DNA of 63,865 nt, the filler included, from Octopus bimaculoides (lineage: Eukaryota): assembly GCF_001194135.2 (NCBI RefSeq). It is 5 parts of 4 records of this genome, joined end to end, with 100 filler letters (N's around TTAATTAATTAA, not from the genome) between each part and the next. Parts side by side here need not be neighbours in the genome. Positions count along the whole stretch, not along the records: positions 12,463 to 25,660 come from NC_068981.1; 4 more parts are not named here. One strand, 5' to 3'. The position numbers and the translations under genes were made by a program. The notes under the pieces were generated by a model that was given only the letters and a program-made list of their open reading frames with translations, searched no databases and was not told the DNA's origin. Positions 12,363 to 25,629 of the stretch are shown here, piece by piece. How positions within the stretch are numbered: the stretch's first letter is position 1; the number at the start of each line of letters is the position of its first letter.

Positions 12363-12462
12363 NNNNNNNNNNNNNNNNNNNNNNNNNNNNNNNNNNNNNN
12401 NNNNNNTTAATTAATTAANNNNNNNNNNNNNNNNNNNNNNNNNNNNNNNNNNNNNNNNNNNN
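12363..12462. other. Assembly gap with six-frame-stop linker
   Basis: 44 N + TTAATTAATTAA + 44 N = exactly 100 bp. Confidence 0.95.
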
Positions 12463-12485
12463 GGTACCTTGTTGTACCATTCTTA

Positions 12486-12522
<37 letters not shown>

Positions 12523-12526
<4 letters not shown>

Positions 12527-12711
12527 GTGTTGACTCTATGCAAACTCATTTTCACCTCTGGGAAGAAATGGTCAATATTCGTCTGGCCTTTATCCTTTGA
12601 CCTGTCCAAAATGAGGGCCTTACCAAGAGCATGCACTCCACTGGCACAGCCCTCAGGGTCACTGAGGCACACAAGCCACTACAACGCAACATGGACTGGA
12701 TCTTGTGATGG
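12523..12711 (-). mobile_element. RTE 5'-UTR-like mini-element, partial copy
   Basis: Minus strand CCATCACAAGATCCAGTCC...CTCAGTGACCCTGAGGGCTGTGCC...GGTAAGGCC...GGACAGGTC aligns with 15093-15290. Confidence 0.7.
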
Positions 12712-12879
12712 TTACTATTCGTTGCTTGATGCCAAAATTGGTAATCAGTTATAACATAAAAAGTATAGCCGTCAGTCGCAAATGAGAATGACTTGGTAAT
12801 GATAATGTGTACCATGCTTTCGCTTATTGTTTTAGATGTCTGTGTAATCACGAGCAGACATAGACACCCTCTCAGAACT

Positions 12880-13080
12880 ACTACCCTTGTCTCAACACAA
12901 TACCCAGTGTTTGACAGCTCGAAGGGAGACAGCTACACACGACTTAGCTGGTACTTATTTCCAGCTTATCAATGTGACATAAAGTGCCTTATTTAAGGAG
13001 ACAACGTACCATCCAGTCAGAAATCAAACCCACTATCCCATGATTGTGAATCCAAGCACCCTAGTCACTAACCGATGCGT
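12880..13080 (-). mobile_element. Old decayed CORE-type SINE
   Basis: GCTGGTACTTATTT, AAAGTGCCTTATTTAAGGAGACAAC and CCCTAGTCACTAACC motifs in SINE order. Confidence 0.4.
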
Positions 13081-13122
13081 CTAATAGTGTATTGTAGCAT
13101 TTTATACAAATATAGTTATATT

Positions 13123-13338
13123 CTTTTCTACTCTTGGCACAAGGCCCGAAATTTTGGGGGAGAGAGCCAGTCGATGAGATCAATCCCAGTACGCAAACTA
13201 GTACTTAATTTATCGACCCCCGAAAGGGGTGAAAGGTAAAGTCGACCTCGTCGAAATTTGAACTCAGAACGTAAAGACAGACGAAATACCGCTAAGCATT
13301 TCGCCCAGTGTGCTAACGTTTCTGCCAGCTCGCCGCCT
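13123..13338 (-). mobile_element. Full-length SINE family E
   Basis: Perfect 18-bp TSD TACAAATATAGTTATATT at 13105-13122 and 13339-13356; tRNA-like head. Confidence 0.92.
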
Positions 13339-14268
13339 TACAAATATAGTTATATTGCATCTTTGATGATCGTTGGCGAATTTTTATTTCAATAAGAAGC
13401 TAGTTCGAATATCTGAAAGTATTTCTTCTACTCACAACTTGTAGATACCTCTACATGTATTTCAGTTATGCGCTATATATCTGTACGGTACCAATATGCT
13501 GAATAAAAACTTGTAACTTCAGGGGCAATATTTAATGTTTCAAATAAAAAATGCATACCAGTATTTTTTTCTTGATAGATTTGGTTTTTCTTTTACGAAA
13601 CACGAGGTGGTCCATTGTAAAATAGTAATAAACATGCCGTAATCACAAAATAAGCTCTGCTTCGAAGAACTGTTCTCATATCTGTGTTGTCAAATCTCTT
13701 TTCATCACCGACATTTCGAAGAAAGCCAACCAATAGATCAATAAACCCTTCCTCACGGCAACACGACATTTGCATCTTTAACACGGCGAGCAAGTAATGA
13801 GCAAAAGAAGAAAACATTAACTAGTATAGTCTATTTCGATATATTTCAGAAATTTCCAGAATTTTCGAGAAAAGATGTCTTAATATTATTATCAGATTAA
13901 TGTCATTATCACATTTAAAACTGCTATCAATTTGAATTCTATAATCACCTTTAAATTAAGTCATGGAAGAAGCAAAAACAACAACAGCAACAAAAAAACT
14001 ACCCAACACGTTACAAAAATTACGAAAATAAAAGTCCTGAATACGAAAATAAAATATGGTGGGATGGTAATTACAGTTAAATAAATTATATTCAATTGGT
14101 AATCTAAATAAATTTTAATTAATTTTTGTATTTGAAATGATTGAATTTACTCCGAGAAAAGAAAAAGAAAATCATAGCTGTCCCAATACTTTGACTTGCC
14201 TATATGCTGTGCATGTGTAAAATTGCGTATGACTTGTATGCTGTGTACAATTAACAGTATGCGCATGA

Positions 14269-14383
<115 letters not shown>

Positions 14384-14431
14384 TTGCTATTTTTAATGGT
14401 CCTGATGTATATCGTCTTTGATCGATTAGAT

Positions 14432-14963
14432 CAGTGGTTCTCAACCGGGGTCCACATGGCCCTTGGAGGTCTATATCAGTCTTCACGTGATCACGTGACT
14501 GACCAGGCTATCAGATGTTGTTACATATCACTGGTCCCAATGCGTTTTGCATTGGTTTAGCCTTCAAATGACGCCACCCTGTTGGCTAGGTGAGTAGACC
14601 AACACTCCTCCTTGATCGAAAGGGTTACTGGAGCAACGTGAAACAAAGTGTTTTGCTCAAGAACACAACGCGCCGCCCAATCAGGGAATCGAACCCACGA
14701 TCTAGCGATCGTGAGTGCAACAGCCTAACCACTAGGTCACGCGCCTTCACATATTAGTCTTAGTTGATAAAATTTATCTTCAATAAATTGGTTATAATTC
14801 TACAATACACAAAATATTATTATTTTTTTTATACAATTCCGAATAATGTTTAATTATAAAAATATAATTGGATATTTTAAATATTGAATAAGTATAAGAG
14901 TCAATCCGAGTAAAATAGGAATGAAAGGGGTTCATAGTTTAAAAAAATGGTTGAGAAACACTG
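14432..14963. mobile_element. hAT-like MITE split by a SINE
   Basis: Termini CAGTGGTTCTCAACC / GGTTGAGAAACACTG; body matches copies at 39.9 and 43.4 kb. Confidence 0.75.
14484..14750 (-). mobile_element. SINE family C nested in the hAT-like MITE
   Basis: tRNA head GTGAAGGCGCGTGACCTAGTGG...GGTTCGATTCC; TSD ATAT(C/T)AGTCTT at 14473-14483 and 14751-14761. Confidence 0.85.
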
Positions 14964-15092
14964 GATCCTTAGTTATCAAAAAAAAAACCTTTCCTCCTCG
15001 TTCTACGAACAGCATCGTCCAGTTTTGAATGAGGCTTTTTCTGAACATTTTCTTTTGGGAAATAAAATTATTCTTCACCAAATATATAAGAA

Positions 15093-15441
15093 CCATTTAA
15101 AGGTCCAGTCCGTGCTGTGGTGTGGTGACTTGTATGACTCAGTGACTCTGAGAGTTATGCTAGCGGAAAGCTAGCTTTCGGTAAGGCACCCGTGGTGGAC
15201 AGGTGAATGGATAGAAGCCAATCTAACATGGGCTAGCTCTTTCCAGAGAAAAAAAAAAAGATTTGTGTAGAGCCAGTACTCTTACCTAGAAAAAAAGCGA
15301 AGTTACAGAAGCATCAATGACAATTCAAAATAAACATGACATGGGAGAGACCCTCAGGGAAAACGAAAGCACAGAGTCGAGAACAATGAAGAAAGGTTGT
15401 CGATGGCCTATGTTCCATAGGGTTCGAACGGCTTAAATAAA
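15093..15441 (+). mobile_element. Bipartite non-autonomous RTE-derived element (5' UTR-like part joined to 3' tail)
   Basis: 14-bp TSD CAAATATAT(A/G)AGAA at 15079-15092 and 15442-15455; 5' part resembles RTE/BovB 5' UTR; ends GGCCTATGTTCCATAGGGTTCGAACGGCTTAAATAAA like RTE 3' tails; no ORF. Confidence 0.7.
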
Positions 15442-16529
15442 CAAATATATGAGAAGATGCTGAGATACTGCGCCATCTTCAGTGTATAGATCTCTGTTCA
15501 TTGAGGTTAATTACATATACTTCAGTTTCAACATAAACATATATATATATATGTATGAATGTATGTATGTATTTATATTTATATATGTGTGTGTGTATCT
15601 ATATATAATAATATATATAATATATATAATAATATAATATATAATGTATATATATAATATATAATATGTATATAAAATATATGTATATATGATACATGTA
15701 TTTAATATTTATATGTATATATGATATATGTATTTAATATTTATATGTATAAAATATATATATAAATATATATATATAATATATAATGCATATATATATA
15801 TATATATATATATATANNNNNNNNNNNNNNNNNNNNNNNNNNNNNNNNNNNNNNNNNNNNNNNNNNNNNNNNNNNNNNNNNNNNNNNNNNNNNNNNNNNN
15901 NNNNNNNNNNNNNNNNNNNNNNNNNNNNNNNNNNNNNNNNNNNNNNNNNNNNNNNNNNNNNNNNNNNNNNNNNNNNNNNNNNNNNNNNNNNNNNNNNNNN
16001 NNNNNNNNNNNNNNNNNNNNNNNNNNNNNNNNNNNNNNNNNNNNNNNNNNNNNNNNNNNNNNNNNNNNNNNNNNNNNNNNNNNNNNNNNNNNNNNNNNNN
16101 NNNNNNNNNNNNNNNNNNNNNNNNNNNNNNNNNNNNNNNNNNNNNNNNNNNNNNNNNNNNNNNNNNNNNNNNNNNNNNNNNNNNNNNNNNNNNNNNNNNN
16201 NNNNNNNNNNNNNNNNNNNNNNNNNNNNNNNNNNNNNNNNNNNNNNNNNNNNNNNNNNNNNNNNNNNNNNNNNNNNNNNNNNNNNNNNNNNNNNNNNNNN
16301 NNNNNNNNNNNNNNNNNNNNNNNNNNNNNNNNNNNNNNNNNNNNNNNNNNNNNNNNNNNNNNNNNNNNNNNNNNNNNNNNNNNNNNNNNNNNNNNNNNNN
16401 NNNNNNNNNNNNNNNNNNNNNNNNNNNNNNNNNNNNNNNNNNNNNNNNNNNNNNNNNNNNNNNNNNNNNNNNNNNNNNNNNNNNNNNNNNNNNNNNNNNN
16501 NNNNNNNNNNNNNNNNNNNNNNNNNNNNN

Positions 16530-16603
<74 letters not shown>

Positions 16604-17347
16604 ACGTGTGTGTGCGTGTACGTTTGTGTGCGTGTGTGTGTGTATATATGCATATATGCATACATGCATACATACGTGCAGTCATGTATGTACACACATG
16701 CATAATTATATGCGTTATTAGAGAACAAAAAACACGAACCTAAATACAGGCAAATATCTTCACAGAAAATGTAATAAAAAAGATTTTTATATATAAATAA
16801 CTCACTTCCCATCCAGAGTATTAAAATCCCATTTAACAGGCAAAACTACTATATCCCTTTCAATGAAGAGACCCCTCAAGAGTTCCTCTGTTTCAAAGAG
16901 ATTTCTCAGCAGAAGCTTAAAATAAAATTGTAATACATGCAAAACATCAGTTGCTGTTTAAATATTGTTTTTCGTATGACCATGAATTTCTTAGCCCTAA
17001 TGCATAAGAACTTGTCTAATTCACACAGTTAATACAAAATATTTAATAAAATTACAGTAAATGTTAGCTATAGTTCCACTGAAAAATCTCGCAACTTTAA
17101 TATCAAATATCTACAAAAGAAAGTATGTAATCATAAATACAAACACACATACAAACAAACATAAATACAAATACAAACATTAACAGATCTGACTTTCGAG
17201 TTTTGTGCAATTGTACTTGTGACTCAATGGAAAGTGCTCGAAAATGCGTTGATGTAACGAGCCAAACCTGAGGCAGTTGATGATAGAGACTACGACTCAT
17301 AGGTTTTACAACTATTTCAGTTAAAATACAATATATACATCCCGAAT

Positions 17348-17730
17348 GTGGAGGCGCAATGGCCCAGTGGTTAGGGCAGCGGACTTGTGGTCGTAGGATC
17401 GCGGTTTCGATTCCCAGACCGGGCGTTGTGAGTGTTTATTGGGCGAAAACACCTAAAGTTCCACAAGGCTCCGGCAGGGGATGGTGGTGAACCCTGCTGT
17501 ACTCTTTCACCACAACTTTCTCTCACTCTTTCTTCCTGTTTCTGTTGTACCTGTATTTCAAAGGGCCAGCCTTGTCACACTGTGTCATGCTGAATATCCC
17601 TGAGAACTACTTTAAGGGTACACGTGTCTGTGGAGTGCTCAGTTACTTGCACGTTAATTTCACGAGCAGGCTGTTCCGTTGATAGAATCAACTGGAATCC
17701 TCGTCGTCGTAACCGACGTAGTGCCAACCA
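17348..17730 (+). mobile_element. Full-length tRNA-derived SINE family A
   Basis: A box TGGCCCAGTGG, B box GTTTCGATTCC, 11-bp TSD ACATCCCGAAT at 17337-17347 and 17731-17741. Confidence 0.93.
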
Positions 17731-18338
17731 ACATCCCGAATACAAGAACATCATGCTCTTTTTTTAATTGCATCTAGACCTTAAAGACAAAAAAAAGAAA
17801 CCTATATTATATCACAACGTATCCAGTAGATGTCAACCCTGTATAAAAGAAAACATCACGACGTATGATTATATGATATCAAATAAAATGTCTAAGCTCG
17901 GCTAAAAATTCCATTAAGATTGGTGTCTTTTGAAACAATTCCAGTTACAGATGTACTAAAATTCCATAGGTCACCAATGAAAATACTTTTGATATCATAC
18001 ATATAAAATATATTTCATATCAACATTTTACAAAAACCGTCTCACAAAACCTGTTACAAAACACCTTTAATTCCATCAAAATAACATATATATTTACTAA
18101 TATAATTTATAATTTTTCATTATTTTCATTATTATTTTGTCGTTATTTCTATCACACACACAAGCACGCACACGTACACACACATACATGTATGTCATTG
18201 AATATTTTTCATTAAATACTATATATTTTTCTCTTATATATATTTCTTATTATTTGCTATTTACATGCATCTTTATTATATTCTTTCTCTTTCTACATAT
18301 ACATATGTATGCTTGCATGCGTTTGTATGTATGTATGC

Positions 18339-18383
<45 letters not shown>

Positions 18384-19539
18384 NNNNNNNNNNNNNNNNN
18401 NNNNNNNNNNNNNNNNNNNNNNNNNNNNNNNNNNNNNNNNNNNNNNNNNNNNNNNNNNNNNNNNNNNNNNNNNNNNNNNNNNNNNNNNNNNNNNNNNNNN
18501 NNNNNNNNNNNNNNNNNNNNNNNNNNNNNNNNNNNNNNNNNNNNNNNNNNNNNNNNNNNNNNNNNNNNNNNNNNNNNNNNNNNNNNNNNNNNNNNNNNNN
18601 NNNNNNNNNNNNNNNNNNNNNNNNNNNNNNNNNNNNNNNNNNNNNNNNNNNNNNNNNNNNNNNNNNNNNNNNNNNNNNNNNNNNNNNNNNNNNNNNNNNN
18701 NNNNNNNNNNNNNNNNNNNNNNNNNNNNNNNNNNNNNNNNNNNNNNNNNNNNNNNNNNNNNNNNNNNNNNNNNNNNNNNNNNNNNNNNNNNNNNNNNNNN
18801 NNNNNNNNNNNNNNNNNNNNNNNNNNNNNNNNNNNNNNNNNNNNNNNNNNNNNNNNNNNNNNNNNNNNNNNNNNNNNNNNNNNNNNNNNNNNNNNNNNNN
18901 NNNNNNNNNNNNNNNNNNNNNNNNNNNNNNNNNNNNNNNNNNNNNNNNNNNNNNNNNNNNNNNNNNNNNNNNNNNNNNNNNNNNNNNNNNNNNNNNNNNN
19001 NNNNNNNNNNNNNNNNNNNNNNNNNNNNNNNNNNNNNNNNNNNNNNNNNNNNNNNNNNNNNNNNNNNNNNNNNNNNNNNNNNNNNNNNNNNNNNNNNNNN
19101 NNNNNNNNNNNNNNNNNNNNNNNNNNNNNNNNNNNNNNNNNNNNNNNNNNNNNNNNNNNNNNNNNNNNNNNNNNNNNNNNNNNNNNNNNNNNNNNNNNNN
19201 NNNNNNNNNNNNNNNNNNNNNNNNNNNNNNNNNNNNNNNNNNNNNNNNNNNNNNNNNNNNNNNNNNNNNNNNNNNNNNNNNNNNNNNNNNNNNNNNNNNN
19301 NNNNNNNNNNNNNNNNNNNNNNNNNNNNNNNNNNNNNNNNNNNNNNNNNNNATATATATATATATATATATATATATACATTGAAAAATTGGCACTTTGA
19401 TAGGTAAATCGGTATAGAGACACGGTCACATAGTTATAAAGATAAATAGACAAACTAGCAAGTACACAGTTATTAAATAAAGAGTTCCAGAAGTGTCAAT
19501 CATACGGTCTGCAGCGAAGTTTAGTTAAGCCTACATCTC

Positions 19540-19880
19540 AGTTTTATCTTTTACTTTGTCGTGCAACGAAGATGTCAAGCTGGAGTCTTTACCCCAGTGA
19601 GTGCGAACATAACTGAAAGGGAGATGGAAAAATCTAGGGACAATTACATATCCCTACCTTACTGTGATTTCCACTTTAAACTGACCTGTCTCAAAAGACT
19701 GGTACTGCACTTCGGCTTCCATGTTGTACAGAAGTCACGTGATTTTGATGAATTTTTGTGGGCTGCCAAGTTTGGCTTGTACTTTCTGCTGAGCTTCAAG
19801 TTTCGATTTATGGAATAAAAAGACTTAGAAGGTTCGGTAAAGTCAAAACGAAAGTCATGTACTACAACTTTTATTTACAG
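19540..19880 (-). mobile_element. RTE/BovB-type reverse transcriptase fragment with stops
   Basis: Manual translation KLGSPQKFIKIT*LLYNMEAEVQ...FKVEITVR*GYVIVPRFF matches the RTE motif KFGxPxKFI...GVxQGCVxAPxLF. Confidence 0.7.
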
Positions 19881-20379
19881 CATTTATCCAGTGGATTTTT
19901 ATTCACGATAGTTATCGTCAAAAACCAGGTTGACTTGTAAAGTAGAAATATCCACAAGTTTTTAAATATTTTTCAGAAGTCTTTCACCTGTGAAATTACG
20001 ATTGATGATAGAAAGGCTGTTCCGTAAAGTAATACAAAAAAGAGTTGGGGTGAAGTGTAAAATAGAAGCAAGAAAAAGCATAAGGGAAGAAAAATGAAGA
20101 AAAACGGGAAATACTACAGAAATGGCATATAGGTTGTTGAATGACTAAGATGAAAGCCAAAAGGGTGTTTATGAGTGTGAATGATAATGCACAGGAGAGA
20201 ATGAGAGAAAGAGAGACACGTGAAGAATGGAAAGAGCAGTATACATAAAGTATCAGTAAGTTATGATTTATATGAGGGCGACCTATATTAATAACGTATT
20301 ATTTTCACTTTATCAAACGGAAGCTGCTTTCACTTCAGCGGCCACCATATTTATTCATCTGGGATGTTGTTAGGTCCGC

Positions 20380-21040
20380 TGTCAAGTGCTTCAGGCAGTG
20401 ATGAGAATAAGTGTTGCGAAGACTAAGACAGTGGTTCTAAAGTATTCCCAGTGCACTCTACGTGTTAGTGGAAGATCACTGAGGCAAGTGGAGAAGGTTA
20501 AGTATTTCGGGGCCGTATTCACATGTGATGGGAGGCAGGAGGTGGAATTGGATCTTAAAATTGCGGATGCTGGCACAGTAGTGCCCCAGATTCAGCATTC
20601 GATCATTAGAAAAGGAGTGGTTGATAAGGCCAAACTTGTTATCTTCAACTCAGTTTTCGCGCCTATTCTCTCCTAAGGTTATGGATGTTAGGTAACGAGC
20701 GAAAGAGTACGCTTGCGAATTCAAGCAGCTGAAATAATTTCCTCCGAAGGATCTCTGGAGTAATGTTACTCGACAGGGTGCGTAGTTTGGAGATCAGAAA
20801 GTTTCTCCAGGTCGAGTCGCTACACCCTTACATCAACAGATCACGGCTTCAATACTACGGACATGTACTTAGAAAGTCGCAGAAAAAGATCGCAAGACTG
20901 CTTCTTCAAGCAGAGACAGCCGGCAACAGATATTGTGGTAGAGACATTTGTGTGGTAGAAGACGGGCGAGATGGTTGGATAATAGCCAAAGTCTCTCTCG
21001 GATTGGGTGGCGTAAAAATTTTTCTCTTGGACGAGATGCT
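20380..21040 (+). mobile_element. RTE-clade LINE ORF 3' fragment
   Basis: QVEKVKYFGAVFTCDG...KAKLVIFNSVFAPIL...DRVRSLEIRKFLQVE...RSRLQYYGHVLR matches the RTE RT C-terminal region. Confidence 0.85.
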
Positions 21041-21084
21041 GCTCTTAATCGCTGTATGTTGTTCATATTGGGAGGAAACTCTTT

Positions 21085-21574
21085 TACTCTTTTACTTGTT
21101 TCAGTCATTTGACTGTGGCCATGCTGGAACACCACCTTTAGTCGAGCAAATCGACCCCAGGACTTATTCTTTGTAAGCCTAGTACTTATTCTATCGGTCT
21201 CTTTTGCCGAACCGCTCAGTTATGGGGACGTAAACACACCAGCATCGGTTGTCAAGCGATGTTGGGGGGACAATCNNNNNNNNNNNNNNNNNNNNNNNNN
21301 NNNNNNNNNNNNNNNNNNNNNNNNNNNNNNNNNNNNNNNNNNNNNNNNNNNNNNNNNNNNNNNNNNNNNNNNNNNNNNNNNNNNNNNNNNTATATATATA
21401 CATATATACGACGGGCTTCTTTCAGTTTCCGTCTACCAAATCCACTCACAAGGCTTTGGTGGGCCCGAGGCTATACTAGAAGACACTTGACCAAGGTGCC
21501 ACGCAGTTAGACTGAACCTGGAACCATCTGGTTCGTAAGCAAGCTACTTACCACACAGCCACTCCTACGCCTAT
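21085..21574 (-). mobile_element. Full-length SINE family D with internal gap
   Basis: Colinear with 10275-10683. Confidence 0.9.
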
Positions 21575-23259
21575 ACAACAAATTTAAAATAAGAATTTCT
21601 GCCATGTTATGTACAAATACTCGTGGCTTGTATCACTCGAAACTCAGGCTGGTAGGGAAACCAAAGAAACCTTTAATGATATTTATGATTCAGTTACCTA
21701 TAATATACATCACATCAAAGAATGCGTTGCTTTCAGACTTTATTTTTGGTTGTTTCTTCAACTATCTTTAGAAGAGTCCAAAAGTAATACCTTCATCTCC
21801 ACCGCCAGTCTTTGAATAAAGACTACAATATTAAAGTTACCGGAAAATACTCTTCGACAACACTGTCGAAAAGTGGAATAAACATGTTTTATCTTGGCTT
21901 AATAATTTTATATTGTTCAGTAGTGCATATTTTATTTAGATTAGTTTTACGTTAAGAACTGTAGAAAATGGTCCCTCGATTACCTTCACTAAACTAAGTG
22001 CCATGTACACAATTCACAGCCATTGAGTCACTTTCGTTACTCTCTACCGAATATAAACATGTCGGTTTTTGTGTGTGTGAGAGAGAGAAAGAGAGAAAGA
22101 GATAGAGAGAGTATACTAAAATATATTTTATAGTTAGATGGATAAAGAGAGAGAGAGTCAAATAGAAAGACAGACAAGCAGACAGACAGACAGAAAGACA
22201 GACAGACAGTCCGACAAACAGACAGACGGATAGATAGTTAGATAGATAGATAGAAATATGTTTTTGAAAAAAACATACAAAAACAACAAACATTGTATGT
22301 ATGAATGTATGTATGTATATATGTATGTATGTATATATNNNNNNNNNNNNNNNNNNNNNNNNNNNNNNNNNNNNNNNNNNNNNNNNNNNNNNNNNNNNNN
22401 NNNNNNNNNNNNNNNNNNNNNNNNNNNNNNNNNNNNNNNNNNNNNNNNNNNNNNNNNNNNNNNNNNNNNNNNNNNNNNNNNNNNNNNNNNNNNNNNNNNN
22501 NNNNNNNNNNNNNNNNNNNNNNNNNNNNNNNNNNNNNNNNNNNNNNNNNNNNNNNNNNNNNNNNNNNNNNNNNNNNNNNNNNNNNNNNNNNNNNNNNNNN
22601 NNNNNNNNNNNNNNNNNNNNNNNNNNNNNNNNNNNNNNNNNNNNNNNNNNNNNNNNNNNNNNNNNNNNNNNNNNNNNNNNNNNNNNNNNNNNNNNNNNNN
22701 NNNNNNNNNNNNNNNNNNNNNNNNNNNNNNNNNNNNNNNNNNNNNNNNNNNNNNNNNNNNNNNNNNNNNNNNNNNNNNNNNNNNNNNNNNNNNNNNNNNN
22801 NNNNNNNNNNNNNNNNNNNNNNNNNNNNNNNNNNNNNNNNNNNNNNNNNNNNNNNNNNNNNNNNNNNNNNNNNNNNNNNNNNNNNNNNNNNNNNNNNNNN
22901 NNNNNNNNNNNNNNNNNNNNNNNNNNNNNNNNNNNNNNNNNNNNNNNNNNNNNNNNNNNNNNNNNNNNNNNNNNNNNNNNNNNNNNNNNNNNNNNNNNNN
23001 NNNNNNNNNNNNNNNNNNNNNNNNNNNNNNNNNNNNNNNNNNNNNNNNNNNNNNNNNNNNNNNNNNNNNNNNNNNNNNNNNNNNNNNNNNNNNNNNNNNN
23101 NNNNNNNNNNNNNNNNNNNNNNNNNNNNNNNNNNNNNNNNNNNNNNNNNNNNNNNNNNNNNNNNNNGGGGGGAGAGAGAGGGGGAGAGAGAGAGACGGAC
23201 AGACTGACAGACAAATAGACAGGGGTAAGCAAGGGGACAGGGTAAGTATTAGTGAAAAA

Positions 23260-23406
23260 TAGAAAGTGGGGATGTATATGAGAAAGAAAGAAGAAAAGAA
23301 GATATGCGAAAATGTGAAGATGGATAGGATAGAATTCTGGAGAGTCAGAGTCAGAGAGAGAGAGAGTCAAAGAAAGACAGAGTCAAAGAAAGACAGAGTC
23401 AAAGAA

Positions 23407-23461
<55 letters not shown>

Positions 23462-23572
23462 ATAAGAAATTAAGAGACAATGGGAGAAAGAGACTAAGAG
23501 CGAATGAAGAGAATCTAGAGAGAGAAAGAGAGGATGTAAGAAGAGGTAAATGAAAAAGAAAACAATAGATAC

Positions 23573-23645
<73 letters not shown>

Positions 23646-23874
23646 GAGAGAAGAGTGATAAAGAAAAAGGGTAAGAGATGAGAGCCACTTGACACAAGAA
23701 CTTGAAGAAAGTGATACAATGATACAGGCGCAGACACAGTAGGAGAGAGATCAGGGAGAGGTGCTTGTTTATATATTGTATGTGTATGTGATTGTGTATG
23801 TGCTTGTATGTGTTTCTGTGTATGTGTCAGTGTGTGTGCGTGTGTATGTGTGTAGTTGTAAAGATAGAGTTAGA

Positions 23875-23950
<76 letters not shown>
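23260..23950. repeat. GA-rich low-complexity tract with (GA)n and (GT)n arrays
   Basis: Pure arrays at about 23410-23458 and 23877-23947; explains the ER/LS-rich ORFs. Confidence 0.9.
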
Positions 23951-23951
<1 letters not shown>

Positions 23952-24269
23952 AGAGAGAGAGAGAACAGAAAGAAATAGAATAAAAGCAGTAGAGTGTATA
24001 AGGTGCAGTTTTCTTGTGCCAAAAACATCACTATACATTAAAAGAAGCTACAAAAATTAATGAAGAAAATTGAATTCTCCGAAGCGAAAATATAATTAGT
24101 TCAAGTTAATCATTGTGATGAGGGAGGGAGCGAAGAAGAGAAGAGAAAAAAAGAAGAAAAAAAATCAGTTTTATATCCGAAACGAAGTTCGACAATTTTT
24201 TTTAAAGTCTCGACACACACACAAAAGAATTATTTCAAAAAGGAAAAAGAAGTTCCATAGGAGAAATGT

Positions 24270-24530
24270 GTTATCGGTCGGGCAACGTCACTGCCTTCTT
24301 ACTGAGATTTTCCAACTTACCTCCTACTCTCTTAACGTTCCCGCCTACTTTCACTCCTCCTTTCTCATAACGGTCTCTTCACCCTTACATCGCCACCATC
24401 CTCCTACGCTTCGTACACACTCCTCTGCCTTCTTAGCGAAAGGAGGAGACTAACCCACCATCATCACTTTCACTTTCATCGCTTCAGCTACATTTGTTGC
24501 CAATCTGCAACTCGAGCCCTTAAACTTTCC
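24270..24530 (+). mobile_element. Possible CR1-group AP-endonuclease relic
   Basis: LLTEIFQLTSYSLNVPAYF resembles the LxxTETQ...SxxVPxY endonuclease motif; short and degraded. Confidence 0.35.
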
Positions 24531-24534
24531 TTCC

Positions 24535-24535
24535 C

Positions 24536-24600
<65 letters not shown>

Positions 24601-24647
24601 TTATCTATCTATCTATACATGCATACATACATATATGCACACACACA

Positions 24648-24680
<33 letters not shown>
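24535..24680. repeat. (CTAT)n / (CATA)n tetranucleotide arrays
   Basis: Visible arrays. Confidence 0.92.
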
Positions 24681-24683
<3 letters not shown>

Positions 24684-25142
24684 TATATATTTATATTTAT
24701 ATACGTGTGTGTGTGTGTATGTAATGTATGTATGTATGTATATATACATATATATATATATATTTNNNNNNNNNNNNNNNNNNNNNNNNNNNNNNNNNNN
24801 NNNNNNNNNNNNNNNNNNNNNNNNNNNNNNNNNNNNNNNNNNNNNNNNNNNNNNNNNNNNNNNNNNNNNNNNNNNNNNNNNNNNNNNNNNNNNNNNNNNN
24901 NNNNNNNNNNNNNNNNNNNNNNNNNNNNNNNNNNNNNNNNNNNNNNNNNNNNNNNNNNNNNNNNNNNNNNNNNNNNNNNNNNNNNNNNNNNNNNNNNNNN
25001 NNNNNNNNNNNNNNNNNNNNNNNNNNNNNNNNNNNNNNNNNNNNNNNNNNNNNNNNNNNNNNNNNNNNNNNNNNNNNNNNNNNNNNNNNNNNNNNNNNNN
25101 NNNNNNNNNNNNNNNNNNNNNNNNNNNNNNNNNNNNNNNNNN

Positions 25143-25169
<27 letters not shown>

Positions 25170-25178
<9 letters not shown>

Positions 25179-25410
25179 GTATATGTATGCGTGTGTATAT
25201 GTTTGTGTGTCTGTGTTTGTCCCTCCAACATCGCCTGACAACCGATGCTGGTGTGTTTACGTCCCCGTAACTTGGCGGTTCGGCAAAAGAGACCGATAGA
25301 ATAAGTACTAGGCGTCCAAAGAATAAATCCTGAGGTCGATTTGCTCGACTAAAGGCGGTGCTCCAGCATGGCTGCAGTCAAATGACTGAAACAAGTAAAA
25401 GAGAGAAAAA
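25170..25410 (+). mobile_element. SINE family D 3' half
   Basis: CAACATCGCCTGACAACCGATGCTGG...GCAGTCAAATGACTGAAACAAGTAAAAGAG. Confidence 0.88.
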
Positions 25411-25419
25411 AAGAGTATA

Positions 25420-25629
25420 TATAATACAAATAATATGTGAGTATATATGCATATATACGTACATGTATGTTCATACCTACATTTACATGTATATATAGAT
25501 GCATGTCTGGGTACAGGACGTTGCAAAAAAAACGTGGACAAAATGATAAACAGAGCACAGAAAACACACATGCCGCATAGAGAACATTACCTTCATCAGC
25601 TGCCACCATTCTAAAACTAAGCGTTTCGA

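Noticed and set aside
12407-12418. TTAATTAATTAA palindrome recurring four times
   Set aside because: Always centred in an exact 100-bp N gap; artificial spacer, not biology
17348-17425. tRNA-like A/B box segments here and in other SINE heads
   Set aside because: No complete cloverleaf; they continue into SINE bodies with TSDs
15709-23370. Long 300-458 aa ORFs
   Set aside because: Almost entirely X from N-gaps plus dinucleotide-repeat peptides
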